In this document: piece after piece, positions 1 to 14,206 of the stretch
Layout of the letters: the number at the start of each line of letters is the position of its first letter
How positions within the stretch are numbered: the first letter of the stretch is position 1
NCBI RefSeq assembly: GCF_009914755.1
Contig: NC_060948.1
Strand: one strand, 5' to 3'
Length of the DNA stretch: 64,000 nucleotides
DNA from: the human T2T-CHM13v2.0 reference genome, Homo sapiens
Position numbers and translations under genes: made by a program
The notes under the pieces: generated by a model
Told to the model about the DNA's origin: nothing
Databases searched by the model: none
The model's input: the letters and a program-made list of their open reading frames with translations, nothing else

Positions 1-3000
1 GAATTAAATGGACTGGAATGGAATGGACTCGAACAGAGTGGAATGGAAAGTGTTGAGATAGAATGGAATGGACTCCTTTGGAATGGTGTAGTATGCAATG
101 CAATCGACTGGCAGGGAATCAAAAGGAATGTAATGGAATGGATTGGAGTGGAATGCAATGGACAGGAATAGATTGGAAACGGAATGCAAAGGAATGGAAT
201 GGAATAGTATGGAATGGAATGGAAAGGAATGGAGTGGAATAGACTAGAGTGGAATGCAATGGACTGGAAAGCAATGGACTGGAATGGAACTTTCTTGAAT
301 GGACTGGAATCAAACGGAATGGAATGCAATGCAATCAAATGGCATGGAATAAAATAGAATGAAAGAGAATCAAATGGAATTGAATCGAATGGAATCGAAT
401 GGATTGGAAAGGAATAGAATGGAATGGAATGGAATGGACTCAAATGGAATGGACTAGAATGGAATGGATTCGAATGGAAGGCAAAGGAATGGAATCTATT
501 GGAATGGACTGTAATGGAATGGAATGGAAGGGATTGGAATGGACTCGAATGGAATGGACTGCAATAGAAAGGATTCGAATGGAATGAAAAAGAATTGAAT
601 GGAATAGAACAGAATGGAATCAAATCGAATGAAATGGAATGGAATAGAAAGGAATGGAATGAAATGGAATGGAAAGGATTCGAATGGAATGCAATCGAAT
701 GGAATGGAATCGAACGGAATGGAATAAAATGGAAGAAAACTGGCAAGAAATGGAATCGAAATGAATGGAGTGTTATGGAACGGACTCAAAAGGAATTGAA
801 TGTAATAGAATGGAGTGGAGTGGACTCGAATATAATGGACTGGAATGGAATGAAATCACATGGAATGGGAACGAATGGAATGGAATGGAAAGGAATGGAA
901 TCGAATGGAAAGGAATCGAATGGAAGGGAATGAAATTGAATCAACAGGAATGGAAGGGAATAGAATAGAGGGTAATGGAATGGACTCGAATAGAATGGAC
1001 ACGAATGCTCAAATTGAATGGACTCGAATGGAATGGAAACGAAAGGAATATCATCGAATGGAATTGAATCGATCGGAATGAAATCGCATAGAATGGAGTG
1101 GAATCAAATGGAATTGAATCGAAAGGAAAGGAAGCGAATGGACTGAAATGAAAAGGAATGGAATTGAATGGAAAGTAATGCAATGGAATAGAATGGAACG
1201 AAATTTCACGGAATGGAATCAAACTGAATGGAATCAAATCAATGGAATCTAATCCAATGGAATGGAAAGGAATTGAATGGAGTAGATTGGATTGGATGGG
1301 ATTGGAATGAAATGTACAGGAAAGGACTCGAATTTAATGAAACGGAATGGAATGAATTGGAACGGAATGGACTCGAATGGAATGGAATGTCATGGAATGG
1401 CATCAAATGGAATGGCATCAAATGGAATGGAATCGAATGCAATGGAATGCTATGGAATGGAATGGAATGCATTGGAATGGAATGTCCTCTAATGGAATGG
1501 ATTCGAGTGGAATGGAATCGAATATAATGGAGTCGAATGAAATGGAATTGAAAGGAATGGGATCGAATAGAATGGAATATACTGGAATGTAATGTAATGA
1601 ACTCGAATGTAATTGACTGGAATGGAATGTACATGAATGGAATGTAATCGAATGGAAAGTAATCCAATGGAATAGAATCTAATGCAATAAAACCGACTCA
1701 GATAGAGTAGAATGTAATGGAATGGAGTGCAGTGCAATGGAATGGAATGGAATTGAATGCAATGGAATGGAATGGAATGGAATGGAATGGAATGGAATGG
1801 AATGGGATGGAATGGTATGGAATGGATAGTAATGGACTGGAGTGAAATGGACTGGAAAGGAATGGACTCAAATTGAAAGGGCTCGAAAGGAATGGAGTCA
1901 AATGGAATGGTCTGGAATGGAATGAACACGAATGTAATGCAATCCAATAGAATGGAATCGAATGGCATGGAATATAAAGAAATGGATTCGAAGAGAATGG
2001 AAACAAATGGAATGGAATTGAATGGAATGGAATTGAATGGAATGGGAACGAATGGAGTGAAATTGTATGCAGTAGAAGGGAATAGAATGGAATGCAAGCG
2101 AAAGGAAAGGAATGGATTGGAATGGAATGGAATTCATTGGAATGGAAGGGAATGTAGTGTAATGGACAGGCCTGGAATAAAGTGGAATGCTACGGTCTCG
2201 AATGGAATAAAAATGTATGGAATGGAATGCAATGAAATGGAATCGAATGTCATAGAATGTAATGGAATGCAAAAAAATGGAATCCAAAATCATTGACTGG
2301 AAAGGCTGGGTGTCGAAAGGAATTGACTCCAATGGAATGGAATCGAATGGAATGGAAGTGAATAGAATCGATCTAAATCGAATGGAATGGAATTGATAGG
2401 AACGGAATGGAAAGGAATGCAATGATTTGGCATGGAATGGAATCGAATGGCATCGAATGGAATGGAATGGAATGCAATGGAATGGAATGTATTAGAATGT
2501 AATGAACTTTAATGGAATGTACTCGAATGGATTCGACTGGAATGGAATGTTCTGGAAGTGAATGGACTCCAATGGATTGGATTCAAAAGGAATGGAATCG
2601 TACGGAATGGAATCTAATGGAATGGAATTAAATGGAAATGAATCAAATTGAATAGCACGGAATTGAATTGAATGGAATGGAATGCAATGGAATCTAATGA
2701 AACGGAAAGGAAAGGAATGGAATGGAATGGAATGGGCTGGAATGGAAAGGAATCGAAACGAATGGAATGGAATCGAACTGAAGAGATTGGAATGGAATGC
2801 ACTGGAATGGAAGGGAGTGTAATGGAAGGTTCTCGAAAAAAATGGAATCGAATGGAACGGAATAGAGTCGAATGGAATTGAATGGAATGGAATGGACTAG
2901 AGTGAAATGGAATCGAACCACAAGGAATGGACAGGAATAGAATGGTCTCGAATTGAATGGAATCGTATGGAATGGCATCAAACGGAATGGAATGGACAGC

Positions 3001-3544
3001 CACGGAATGGAATGCACTCGAATGCAATGGAGTCGAAACTAATGGACTGGAATAGAATGGACTCGACTGGTACGGACTCCAATGGAATGGAATCGAATGG
3101 AAGGGAATCGAACGGAATGGACTCGAAGGGAAAAGACTGCAATGGAAAGGTCTCGAATGGAATGGAAATTAATGGAATGGAATGGAATCGAATGAAATGG
3201 AGTCAAAAGGAATGGAATCGAATGGCAAGAAATCGAATGTAATGGAATCGCAAGGAATTGATGTGAATGGAACGGAATGGAATGGAATCCAAAGGAATGG
3301 AATAGAATGGAATGGAATCGAATGGAAAGGACTCGAATGGAAATCACTCGAATAGAATGCAATTTAATAAAATAGGATCAAATGTAATGGAATGGAATGG
3401 AAAGGAATCGAAACGAAAGGAATGGAGACAGATGGAATGGAATGGAACAGAGAGCAATGGTATAGAATGGAATGGAATCATCTGGAATGGAATTGAATGG
3501 AATGGAATAATATGAAATGGAATGGAATGGAATGGAATGCCCTT
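1..3544 (+). repeat. ~3.56 kb unit 1 (3544 bp; the boundary is an arbitrary phase set at GAATTAAATGGACT)
   Basis: Landmark at 1 and 3545; 15 bp deletion near 2851; one fewer pentamer before TGCCCTT; several private SNVs. Confidence 0.95.
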
Positions 3545-6500
3545 GAATTAAATGGACTGGAATGGAATGGACTCGAACAGAGTGGAATGGAAAGTGTTGA
3601 GATAGAATGGAATGGACTCCTTTGGAATGGTGTAGTATGCAATGCAATCGACTGGCAGGGAATCAAAAGGAATGTAATCGAATGGATTGGACTGGAATGC
3701 AATGGACTCGAATAGATTGGAAACGGAATGCAAAGGAATGGAATGGAATAGTATGGAATGGAATGGAAAGGAATGGAGTGGAATAGACTAGAGTGGAATG
3801 GAATGGACTGGAAAGCAATGGACTGGAATGGAACTTTCTTGAATGGACTGGAATCAAACGGAATGGAATGCAATGCAATCAAATGGCATGGAATAAAATA
3901 GAATGAAAGAGAATCAAATGGAATTGAATCGAATGGAATCGAATGGATTGGAAAGGAATAGAATGGAATGGAATGGAATGGACTCAAATGGAATGGACTA
4001 GAATGGAATGGATTCGAATGGAAGGCAAAGGAATGGAATCTATTGGAATGGACTGTAATGGAATGGAATGGAAGGGATTGGAATGGACTCGAATGGAATG
4101 GACTGCAATAGAAAGGATTCGAATGGAATGAAAAAGAATTGAATGGAATAGAACAGAATGGAATCAAATCGAATGAAATGGAATGGAATAGAAAGGAATG
4201 GAATGAAATGGAATGGAAAGGATTCGAATGGAATGCAATCGAATGGAATGGAATCGAACGGAATGGAATAAAATGGAAGAAAACTGGCAAGAAATGGAAT
4301 CGAAATGAATGGAGTGTTATGGAACGGACTCAAAAGGAATTGAATGTAATAGAATGGAGTGGAGTGGACTCGAATATAATGGACTGGAATGGAATGAAAT
4401 CACATGGAATGGGAACGAATGGAAAGGAATGGAATCGAATGGAAAGGAATCGAATGGAAGGGAATGAAATTGAATCAACAGGAATGGAAGGGAATAGAAT
4501 AGACGGTAATGGAATGGACTCGAATAGAATGGACACGAATGCTCAAATTGAATGGACTCGAATGGAATGGAAACGAAAGGAATGTCATCGAATGGAATTG
4601 AATCGATTGGAATGAAATCGCATAGAATGGAGTGGAATCAAATGGAATTGAATCGAAAGGAAAGGAAGCGAATGGACTGAAATGAAATGGAATGGAAATG
4701 AATGGAAAGTAATGCAATGGAATAGAATGGAAGGAAATTTCACGGAATGGAATCAAACTGAATGGAATCAAATCAATGGAATCAAATCAAATGGAATGGA
4801 AAGGAATTGAATGGAGTAGATTGGATTGGATGGGATTGGAATGAAATGTACTGGAAAGGACTCGAATTTCATGAAACAGAATGGAATGAATTGGAACGGA
4901 ACGGACTCGAATGGAATGGAATGTCATGGAATGGCATCAAATGGAATGGCATCAAATGGAATGGAATCGAATGCAATGGAAGGCTATGGAATGGAATGGA
5001 ATGCATTGGAATGGAATGTCCTCTAATGGAATGGATTCGAGTGGAATGGAATCGAATATAATGGAGTCGAATGAAATGGAATTGAAAGGAATGGGATCGA
5101 ATACAATGGAATATACTGGAATGTAATGTAATGAACTCGAATGTAATTGACTGGAATGGAATGTACATGAATGGAATGTAATCGAATGGAAAGTAATCCA
5201 ATGGAATAGAATCTAATGCAATAAAATCGACTCAGATACAGTAGAATGTAATGGAATGGAGTGCAGTGCAATGGAATGGAATGGAATGGAATGCAATGGA
5301 ATGGAATGGAATGGAATGGAATGGAATGGAATGGAATGGTGTGGAATGGATAGTAATGGACTGGAGTGAAATGGACTGGAAAGGAATGGACTCAAATTGA
5401 AAGGGCTCGAAAGGAATAGAGTCAAATGGAATGGTCTGGAATGGAATGAACACGAATGTAATGCAATCCAATAGAATGGAATCGAATGGCATGGAATATA
5501 AAGAAATGGAATCGAAGAGAATGGAAACAAATGGAATGGAATTGAGTGGAATGGAATTGAATGGAATGGGAACGAATGGAGTGAAATTGTATGCAGTAGA
5601 AGAGAATAGAATGGAATGCAAGCGAAAGGAAAGGAATGGATTGGAATGGAATGGAATTCATTGGAATGGAAGGGAATGTAGTGTAATGGACAGGCCTGGA
5701 ATAAAGTGGAATGCTACGGTCTCGAATGGAATAAAAATGTATGGAATGGAATGCAATGAAACGGAATCGAATGTCATAGAATGTAATGGAATGCAAAAAA
5801 ATGGAATCCAAAATCATTGACTGGAAAGGCTGGGTGTCGAAAGGAATTGACTCCAATGGAATGGAATCGAATGGAATGGAAGTGAATAGAATCGAACTAA
5901 ATCGAATGGAATGGAATTGATAGGAACGGAATGGAAAGGAATGCAATGATTTGGCATGGAATGGAATCGAATGGCATCGAATGGAATGGAATGGAATGCA
6001 ATGGAATGGAATGTATTAGAATGTAATGAACTTTAATGGAATGTACTTGAATAGATTCGACTGGAATGGAATGTTCTGGAAGTGAATGGACTCCAATGGA
6101 ATGGATTCAAAAGGAATGGAATCGTACGGAATGGAATCTAATGGAATGGAATTAAATGGAAATGAATCAAATTGAATAGCACGGAATTGAATTGAATGGA
6201 ATGGAATGCAATGGAATCTAATGAAACGGAAAGGAAAGGAATGGAATGGAATGGAATGGGCTGGAATGGAAAGGAATCGAAACGAATGGAATGGAATCGA
6301 ACTGAAGAGACTGGAATGGAATGCACTGGAATGGAAGGGAGTGTAATGGAAGGTTCTCGAAAAAAATGGAATCGAATGGAATGGAATTGAATGGAACGGA
6401 ATAGAGTCGAATGGAATTGAATGGAATGGAATGGACTAGAGTGAAATGGAATCGAACCACAAGGAATGGACAGGAATAGAATGGTCTCGAATTGAATGGA

Positions 6501-7088
6501 ATCGTATGGAATGGCATCAAACGGAATGGAATGGACAGCCACGGAATGGAATGCACTCGAATGCAATGGAGTCGAAACTAATGGACTGGAATAGAATGGA
6601 CTCGACTGGTACGGACTCCAATGGAATGGAATCGAATGGAAGGGAATCGAACGGAATGGACTCGAAGGGAAAAGACTGCAATGGAAAGGTCTCGAATGGA
6701 ATGGAAATTAATGGAATGGAATGGAATCGAATGAAATGGAGTCAAAAGGAATGGAATCGAATGACAAGAAATCGAATGTAATGGAATCGCAAGGAATTGA
6801 TGTGAACGGAACGGAATGGAATGGAATCCAAAGGAATGGAATAGAATGGAATGGAATCGAATGGAAAGGACTCGAATGGAAATCACTCGAATAGAATGCA
6901 ATTTAATAAAATAGGATCAAATGTAATGGAATGGAATGGAAAGGAATCGAAACGAAAGGAATGGAGACAGATGGAATGGAATGGAACAGAGAGCAATGGT
7001 ATAGAATGGAATGGAATCATCTGGAATGGAATTGAATGGAATGGAATAATATGAAATGGAATGGAATGGAATGGAATGGAATGCCCTT
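3545..7088 (+). repeat. unit 2 (3544 bp)
   Basis: Landmark at 3545 and 7089; 10 bp deletion near 4420; GGTGTGG-type tract lacking GGGAT. Confidence 0.95.
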
Positions 7089-10000
7089 GAATTAAATGGA
7101 CTGGAATGGAATGGACTCGAACAGAGTGGAATGGAAAGTGTTGAGATAGAATGGAATGGACTCCTTTGGAATGGTGTAGTATGCAATGCAATCGACTGGC
7201 AGGGAATCAAAAGGAATGTAATGGAATGGACTGGACTGGAATGCAATGGACTCGAATAGATTGGAAACGGAATGCAAAGGAATGGAATGGAATAGTATGG
7301 AATGGAATGGAAAGGAATGGAGTGGAATAGACTAGAGTGGAATGGAATGGACTGGAAAGCAATGGACTGGAATGGAACTTTCTTGAATGGACTGGAATCA
7401 AACGGAATGGAATGCAATGCAATCAAATGGCATGGAATAAAATAGAATGAAAGAGAATCAAATGGAATTGAATCGAATGGAATCGAATGGATTGGAAAGG
7501 AATAGAATGGAATGGAATGGAATGGACTCAAATGGAATGGACTAGAATGGAATGGATTCGAATGGAAGGCAAAGGAATGGAATCTATTGGAATGGACTGT
7601 AATGGAATGGAATGGAAGGGATTGGAATGGACTCGAATGGAATGGACTGCAATAGAAAGGATTCGAATGGAATGAAAAAGAATTGAATGGAATAGAACAG
7701 AATGGAATCAAATCGAATGAAATGGAATGGAATAGAAAGGAATGGAATGAAATGGAATGGAAAGGATTCGAATGGAATGCAATCGAATGGAATGGAATCG
7801 AACGGAATGGAATAAAATGGAAGAAAACTGGCAAGAAATGGAATCGAAATGAATGGAGTGTTTTGGAACGGACTCAAAAGGAATTGAATGTAATAGAATG
7901 GAGTGGAGTGGACTCGAATATAATGGACTGGAATGGAATGAAATCACATGGAATGGGAACGAATGGAATGGAATGGAAAGGAATGGAATCGAATGGAAAG
8001 GAATCGAATGGAAGGGAATGAAATTGAATCAACAGGAATGGAAGGGAATAGAATAGACGGTAATGGAATGGACTCGAATTGAATGGACACGAATGCTCAA
8101 ATTGAATGGACTCGAATGGAATGGAAACGAAAGGAATGTCATCGAATGGAATTGAATCGATCGGAATGAAATCGCATAGAATGGAGTGGAATCAAATGGA
8201 ATTGAATCGAAAGGAAAGGAAGCGAATGGACTGAAATGAAATGGAATGGAATTGAATGGAAAGTAATGAAATGGAATAGAATGGAACGAAATTTCACGGA
8301 ATGGAATCAAACTGAATGGAATCAAATCAATGGAATCTAATCAAATGGAATGGAAAGGAATTGAATGGAGTAGATTGGATTGGATGGGATTGGAATGAAA
8401 TGTACTGGAAAGGACTCGAATTTCATGAAACGGAATGGAATGAATTGGAACGGAATGGACTCGAATGGAATGGAATGTCATGGAATGGCATCAAATGGAA
8501 TGGCATCAAATGGAATGGAATCGAATGCAATGGAATGCTATGGAATGGAATAGAATGCATTGGAATGGAATGTCCTCTAATGGAATGGATTCGAGTGGAA
8601 TGGAATCGAATATAATGGAGTCGAATGAAATGGAATTGAAAGGAATGGGATCGAATAGAATGGAATATACTGGAATGTAATGTAATGAACTCGAATGTAA
8701 TTGACTGGAATGGAATGTACATGAATGGAATGTAATCGAATGGAAAGTAATCCAATGGAATAGAATCTAATGCAATAAAACCGACTCAGATAGAGTAGAA
8801 TGTAATGGAATGGAGTGCAGTGCAATGGAATGGAATGGAATTGAATGCAATGGAATGGAATGGAATGGAATGGAATGGAATGGAATGGGATGGAATGGTA
8901 TGGAATGGATAGTAATGGACTGGAGTGAAATGGACTGGAAAGGAATGGACTCAAATTGAAAGGGCTCGAAAGGAATGGAGTCAAATGGAATGGTCTGGAA
9001 TGGAATGAACACGAATGTAATGCAATCCAATAGAATGGAATCGAATGGCATGGAATATAAAGAAATGGATTCGAAGAGAATGGAAACAAATGGAATGGAA
9101 TTGAATGGAATGGAATTGAATGGAATGGGAACGAATGGAGTGAAATTGTATGCAGTAGAAGGGAATAGAATGGAATGCAAGCGAAAGGAAAGGAATGGAT
9201 TGGAATGGAATGGAATTCATTGGAATGGAAGGGAATGTAGTGTATTGGACAGGCCTGGAATAAAGTGGAATGCTACGGTCTCGAATGGAATAAAAATGTA
9301 TGGAATGGAATGCAATGAAACGGAATCGAATGTCATAGAATGTAATGGAATGCAACAAAATGGAATCCAAAATCATTGACTGGAAAGGCTGGGTGTCGAA
9401 AGGAATTGACTCCAATGGAATGGAATCGAATGGAATGGAAGTGAATAGAATCGAACTAAATCGAATGGAATGGAATTGATAGGAACGGAATGGAAAGGAA
9501 TGCAATGATTTGGCATGGAATGGAATCGAATGGCATCGAATGGAATGGAATGGAATGGAATGGAATGGAATGTATTAGAATGTAATGAGCTTTAATGGAA
9601 TGTACTCGAATGGATTCGACTGGAATGGAATGTTCTGGAAGTGAATGGACTCCAATGGAATGGATTCCAAAGGAATGGAATCGTACGGAATGGAATCTAA
9701 TGGAATGGAATTAAATGGAAATGAATCAAATTGAATAGCACGGAATTGAATTGAATGGAATGGAATGCAATGGAATCTAATGAAACGGAAAGGAAAGGAA
9801 TGGAATGGAATGGGCTGGAATGGAAAGGAATCGAAACGAATGGAATGGAATCGAACTGAAGAGACTGGAATGGAATGCACTGGAATGGAAGGGAGTGTAA
9901 TGGAAGGTTCTCGAAAAAAATGGAATCGAATGGAATGGAATTGAATGGAACGGAATAGAGTCGAATGGAATTGAATGGAATGGAATGGACTAGAGTGAAA

Positions 10001-10642
10001 TGGAATCGAACCACAAGGAATGGAGAGGAATAGAATGGTCTCGAATTGAATGGAATCGTATGGAATGGCATCAAACGGAATGGAATGGACAGCCACGGAA
10101 TGGAATGCACTCGAATGCAATGGAGTCGAAACTAATGGAATGGAATAGAATGGACTCGACTGGTACGGACTCCAATGGAATGGAATCGAATGGAAGGGAA
10201 TCGAACGGAATGGACTCGAAGGGAAAAGACTGCAATGGAAAGGTCTCGAATGGAATGGAAATTAATGGATTGGAATGGAATCGAATGAAATGGAGTCAAA
10301 AGGAATGGAATCGAATGGCAAGAAATCGAATGTAATGGAATCGCAAGGAATTGATGTGAACGGAACGGAATGGAATGGAATCCAAAGGAATGGAATAGAA
10401 TGGAATGGAATCGAATGGAAAGGACTCGAATGGAAATCACTCGAATAGAATGCAATTTAATAAAATAGGATCAAATGTAATGGAATGGAATGGAAAGGAA
10501 TCGAAACGAAAGGAATGGAGACAGATGGAATGGAATAGAACAGAGTGCAATGGTATAGAATGGAATGGAATCATCTGGAATGGAATTGAATGGAATGGAA
10601 TAATATGAAATGGAATGGAATGGAATGGAATGGAATGCCCTT
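7089..10642 (+). repeat. unit 3 (3554 bp)
   Basis: Landmark at 7089 and 10643; markers GTGTTTTGG, GTATTGGAC, GAGCTTT, TAGAACAGAGTGC. Confidence 0.95.
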
Positions 10643-13600
10643 GAATTAAATGGACTGGAATGGAATGGACTCGAACAGAGTGGAATGGAAAGTGTTGAGA
10701 TAGAATGGAATGGACTCCTTTGGAATGGTGTAGTATGCAATGCAATCGACTGGCATGGAATCAAAAGGAATGTAATGGAATGGATTGGACTGGAATGCAA
10801 TGGACTCGAATAGATTGCAAACGGAATGCAAAGGAATGGAATGGAATAGTATGGAATGGAATGGAAAGGAATGGAGTGGAATAGACTAGAGTGGAATGCA
10901 ATGGACTGGAAAGCAATGGACTGGAATGGAACTTTCTTGAATGGACTGGAATCAAACGGAATGGAATGCAATGCAATCAAATGGCATGGAATAAAATAGA
11001 ATGAAAGAGAATCAAATGGAATTGAATCGAATGGAATCGAATGGATTGGAAAGGAATAGAATGGAATGGAATGGAATGGACTCAAATGGAATGGACTAGA
11101 ATGGAATTGATTCGAATGGAAGGCAAAGGAATGGAATCTATTGGAATGGACTGTAATGGAATGGAATGGAAGGGATTGGAATGGACTCGAATGGAATGGA
11201 CTGCAATAGAAAGGATTCGAATGGAATGAAAAAGAATTGAATGGAATAGAACAGAATGGAATCAAATCGAATGAAATGGAATGGAATAGAAAGGAATGGA
11301 ATGAAATGGAATGGAAAGGATTCGAATGGAATGTAATCGAATGGAATGGAATCGAACGGAATGGAATAAAATGGAAGAAAACTGGCAAGAAATGGAATCG
11401 AAATGAATGGAGTGTTATGGAACGGACTCAAAAGGAATTGAATGTAATAGAATGGAGTGGAGTGGACTCGAATATAATGGACTGGAATGGAATGAAATCA
11501 CATGGAATGGGAACGAATGGAATGGAATGGAAAGGAATGGAATCGAATGGAAAGGAATCGAATGGAAGGGAATGAAATTGAATCAACAGGAATGGAAGGG
11601 AATAGAATAGACGGTAATGGAATGGACTCGAATAGAATGGACACGAATGCTCAAATTGAATGGACTCGAATGGAATGGAAACGAAAGGAATGTCATCGAA
11701 TGGAATTGAATCGATTGGAATGAAATCGCATAGAATGGAGTGGAATCAAATGGAATTGAATCGAAAGGAAAGGAAGCGAATGGACTGAAATGAAATGGAA
11801 TGGAATTGAATGGAAAGTAATGCAATGGAATAGAATGGAACGAAATTTCACGGAATGGAATCAAACTGAATGGAATCAAATCAATGGAATATAATCAAAT
11901 GGAATGGAAAGGAATTGAATGGAGTAGATTGGATTGGATGGGATTGGAATGAAATGTACTGGAAAGGACTCGAATTTCATGAAACGGCATGGAATGAATT
12001 GGAACGGAATGGACTCGAATGGAATGGAATGTCATGGAATGGCATCAAATGGAATGGCATCAAATGGAATGGAATCGAATGCAATGGAATGCTATGGAAT
12101 GGAATGGAATGCATTGGAATGGAATGTCCTCTAATGGAATGGATTCGAGTGGAATGGAATCGAATATAATGGAGTCGAATGAAATGGAATTGAAAGGAAT
12201 GGGATCGAATAGAATGGAATATACTGGAATGTAATGTAATGAACTCGAATGTAATTGACTGGAATGGAATGTACATGAATGGAAGGTAATCGAATGGAAA
12301 GTAATCCAATGGAATAGAATCTAATGCAATAAAATCGACTCAGATAGAGTAGAATGTAATGGAATGGAGTGCAGTGCAATGGAATGGAATGGAATGGAAT
12401 GCAATTGAATGGAATGGAATGGAATGGAATGGAATGGAATGGAATGGGATGGAATGGTATGGAATGGATAGTAATGGACTGGAGTGAAATGGACTGGAAA
12501 GGAATGGATTCAAATTGAAAGGGCTCGAAAGGAATGGAGTCAAATGGAATGGTCTGGAATGGAATGAACACGAATGTAATGCAATCCAATAGAATGGAAT
12601 CGAATGGCATGGAATATAAAGAAATGGAATCGGAGAGAATGGAAACAAATGGAATGGAATTGAATGGAATGGAATTGAATGGAATGGGAACGAATGGAGT
12701 GAAATTGTATGCAGTAGAAGGGAATAGAATGGAATGCAAGCGAAAGGAAAGGAATGGATTGGAATGGAATGGAATTCATTGGAATGGAAGGGAATGTAGT
12801 GTAATGGACAGGCCTGGAATAAAGTGGAATGCTACGGTCTCGAATGGAATAAAAATGTATGGAATGGAATGCAATGAAATGGAATCGAATGTCATAGAAT
12901 GTAATGGAATGCAAAAAAATGGAATCCAAAATCATTGACTGGAAAGGCTGGGTGTCGAAAGGAATTGACTCCAATGGAATGGAATCGAATGGAATGGAAG
13001 TGAATAGAATCGAACTAAATCGAATGGAATGGAATTGATAGGAACGGAATGGAAAGGAATGCAATGATTTGGCATGGAATGGAATCGAATGGCATCGAAT
13101 GGAATGGAATGGAATGCAATGGAATGGAATGTATTAGAATGTAATGAACTTTAATGGAATGTACTCGAATGGATTCGACTGGAATGGAATGTTCTGGAAG
13201 TGAATGGACTCCAATGGAATGGATTCCAAAGGAATGGAATCGTACGGAATGGAATCTAATGGAATGGAATTAAATGGAAATGAATCAAATTGAATAGCAC
13301 GGAATTGAATTGAATGGAATGGAATGCAATGGAATCTAATGAAACGGAAAGGAAAGGAATGGAATGGAATGGAATGGGCTGGAATGGAAAGGAATCGAAA
13401 CGAATGGAATGGAATCGAACTGAAGAGACTGGAATGGAATGCACTGGAATGGAAGGGAGTGTAACGGAAGGTTCTCGAAAAAAATGGAATCGAATGGAAT
13501 GGAATTGAATGGAACGGAATAGAGTCGAATGGAATTGAATGGAATGGAATGGACTAGAGTGAAATGGAATCGAACCACAAGGAATGGACAGGAATAGAAT

Positions 13601-14206
13601 GGTCTCGAATTGAATGGAATCGTATGGAATGGCATCAAACGGAATGGAATGGACAGCCACGGAATGGAATGCACTCGAATGCAATGGAGTCGAAACTAAT
13701 GGACTGGAATAGAATGGACTCGACTGGTACGGACTCCAATGGAATGGAATCGAATGGAAGGGAATCGAACGGAATGGACTCGAAGGGAAAAGACTGCAAT
13801 GGAAAGGTCTCGAATGGAATGGAAATTAATGGAATCGAATGGAATCGAATGAAATGGAGTCAAAAGGAATGGAATCGAATGGCAAGAAATCGAATGTAAT
13901 GGAATCGCAAGGAATTGATGTGAACGGAACGGAATGGAATGGAATCCAAAGGAATGGAATAGAATGGAATGGAATCGAATGGAAAGGACTCGAATGGCAA
14001 TCACTCGAATAGAATGCAATTTAATAAAATAGGATCAAATGTAATGGAATGGAATGGAAAGGAATCGAAACGAAAGGAATGGAGACAGATGGAATGGAAT
14101 GGAACAGAGAGCAATGGTATAGAATGGAATGGAATCATCTGGAATGGAATTGAATGGAATGGAATAATATGAAATGGAATGGAATGGAATGGAATGGAAT
14201 GCCCTT
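10643..14206 (+). repeat. unit 4 (3564 bp)
   Basis: Landmark at 10643 and 14207; markers GATTGCAAAC, ACGGCATGG, GTAACGGAAG, GGCAATCAC. Confidence 0.95.

Noticed and set aside
2303-2320. GGCTGGGTGTCG and similar non-GGAAT-looking patches as insertions or G-quadruplexes
   Set aside because: They stay in the 5 bp register, so they are diverged pentamers, and there are no four closely spaced GGG runs.
3361-3376. AATAAA hexamers (several per unit) as polyadenylation signals, and the AT-rich patch AATTTAATAAAATAGG
   Set aside because: They arise easily from GGAAT by G-to-A changes, and there is no transcript evidence or downstream GU-rich element in the sequence.
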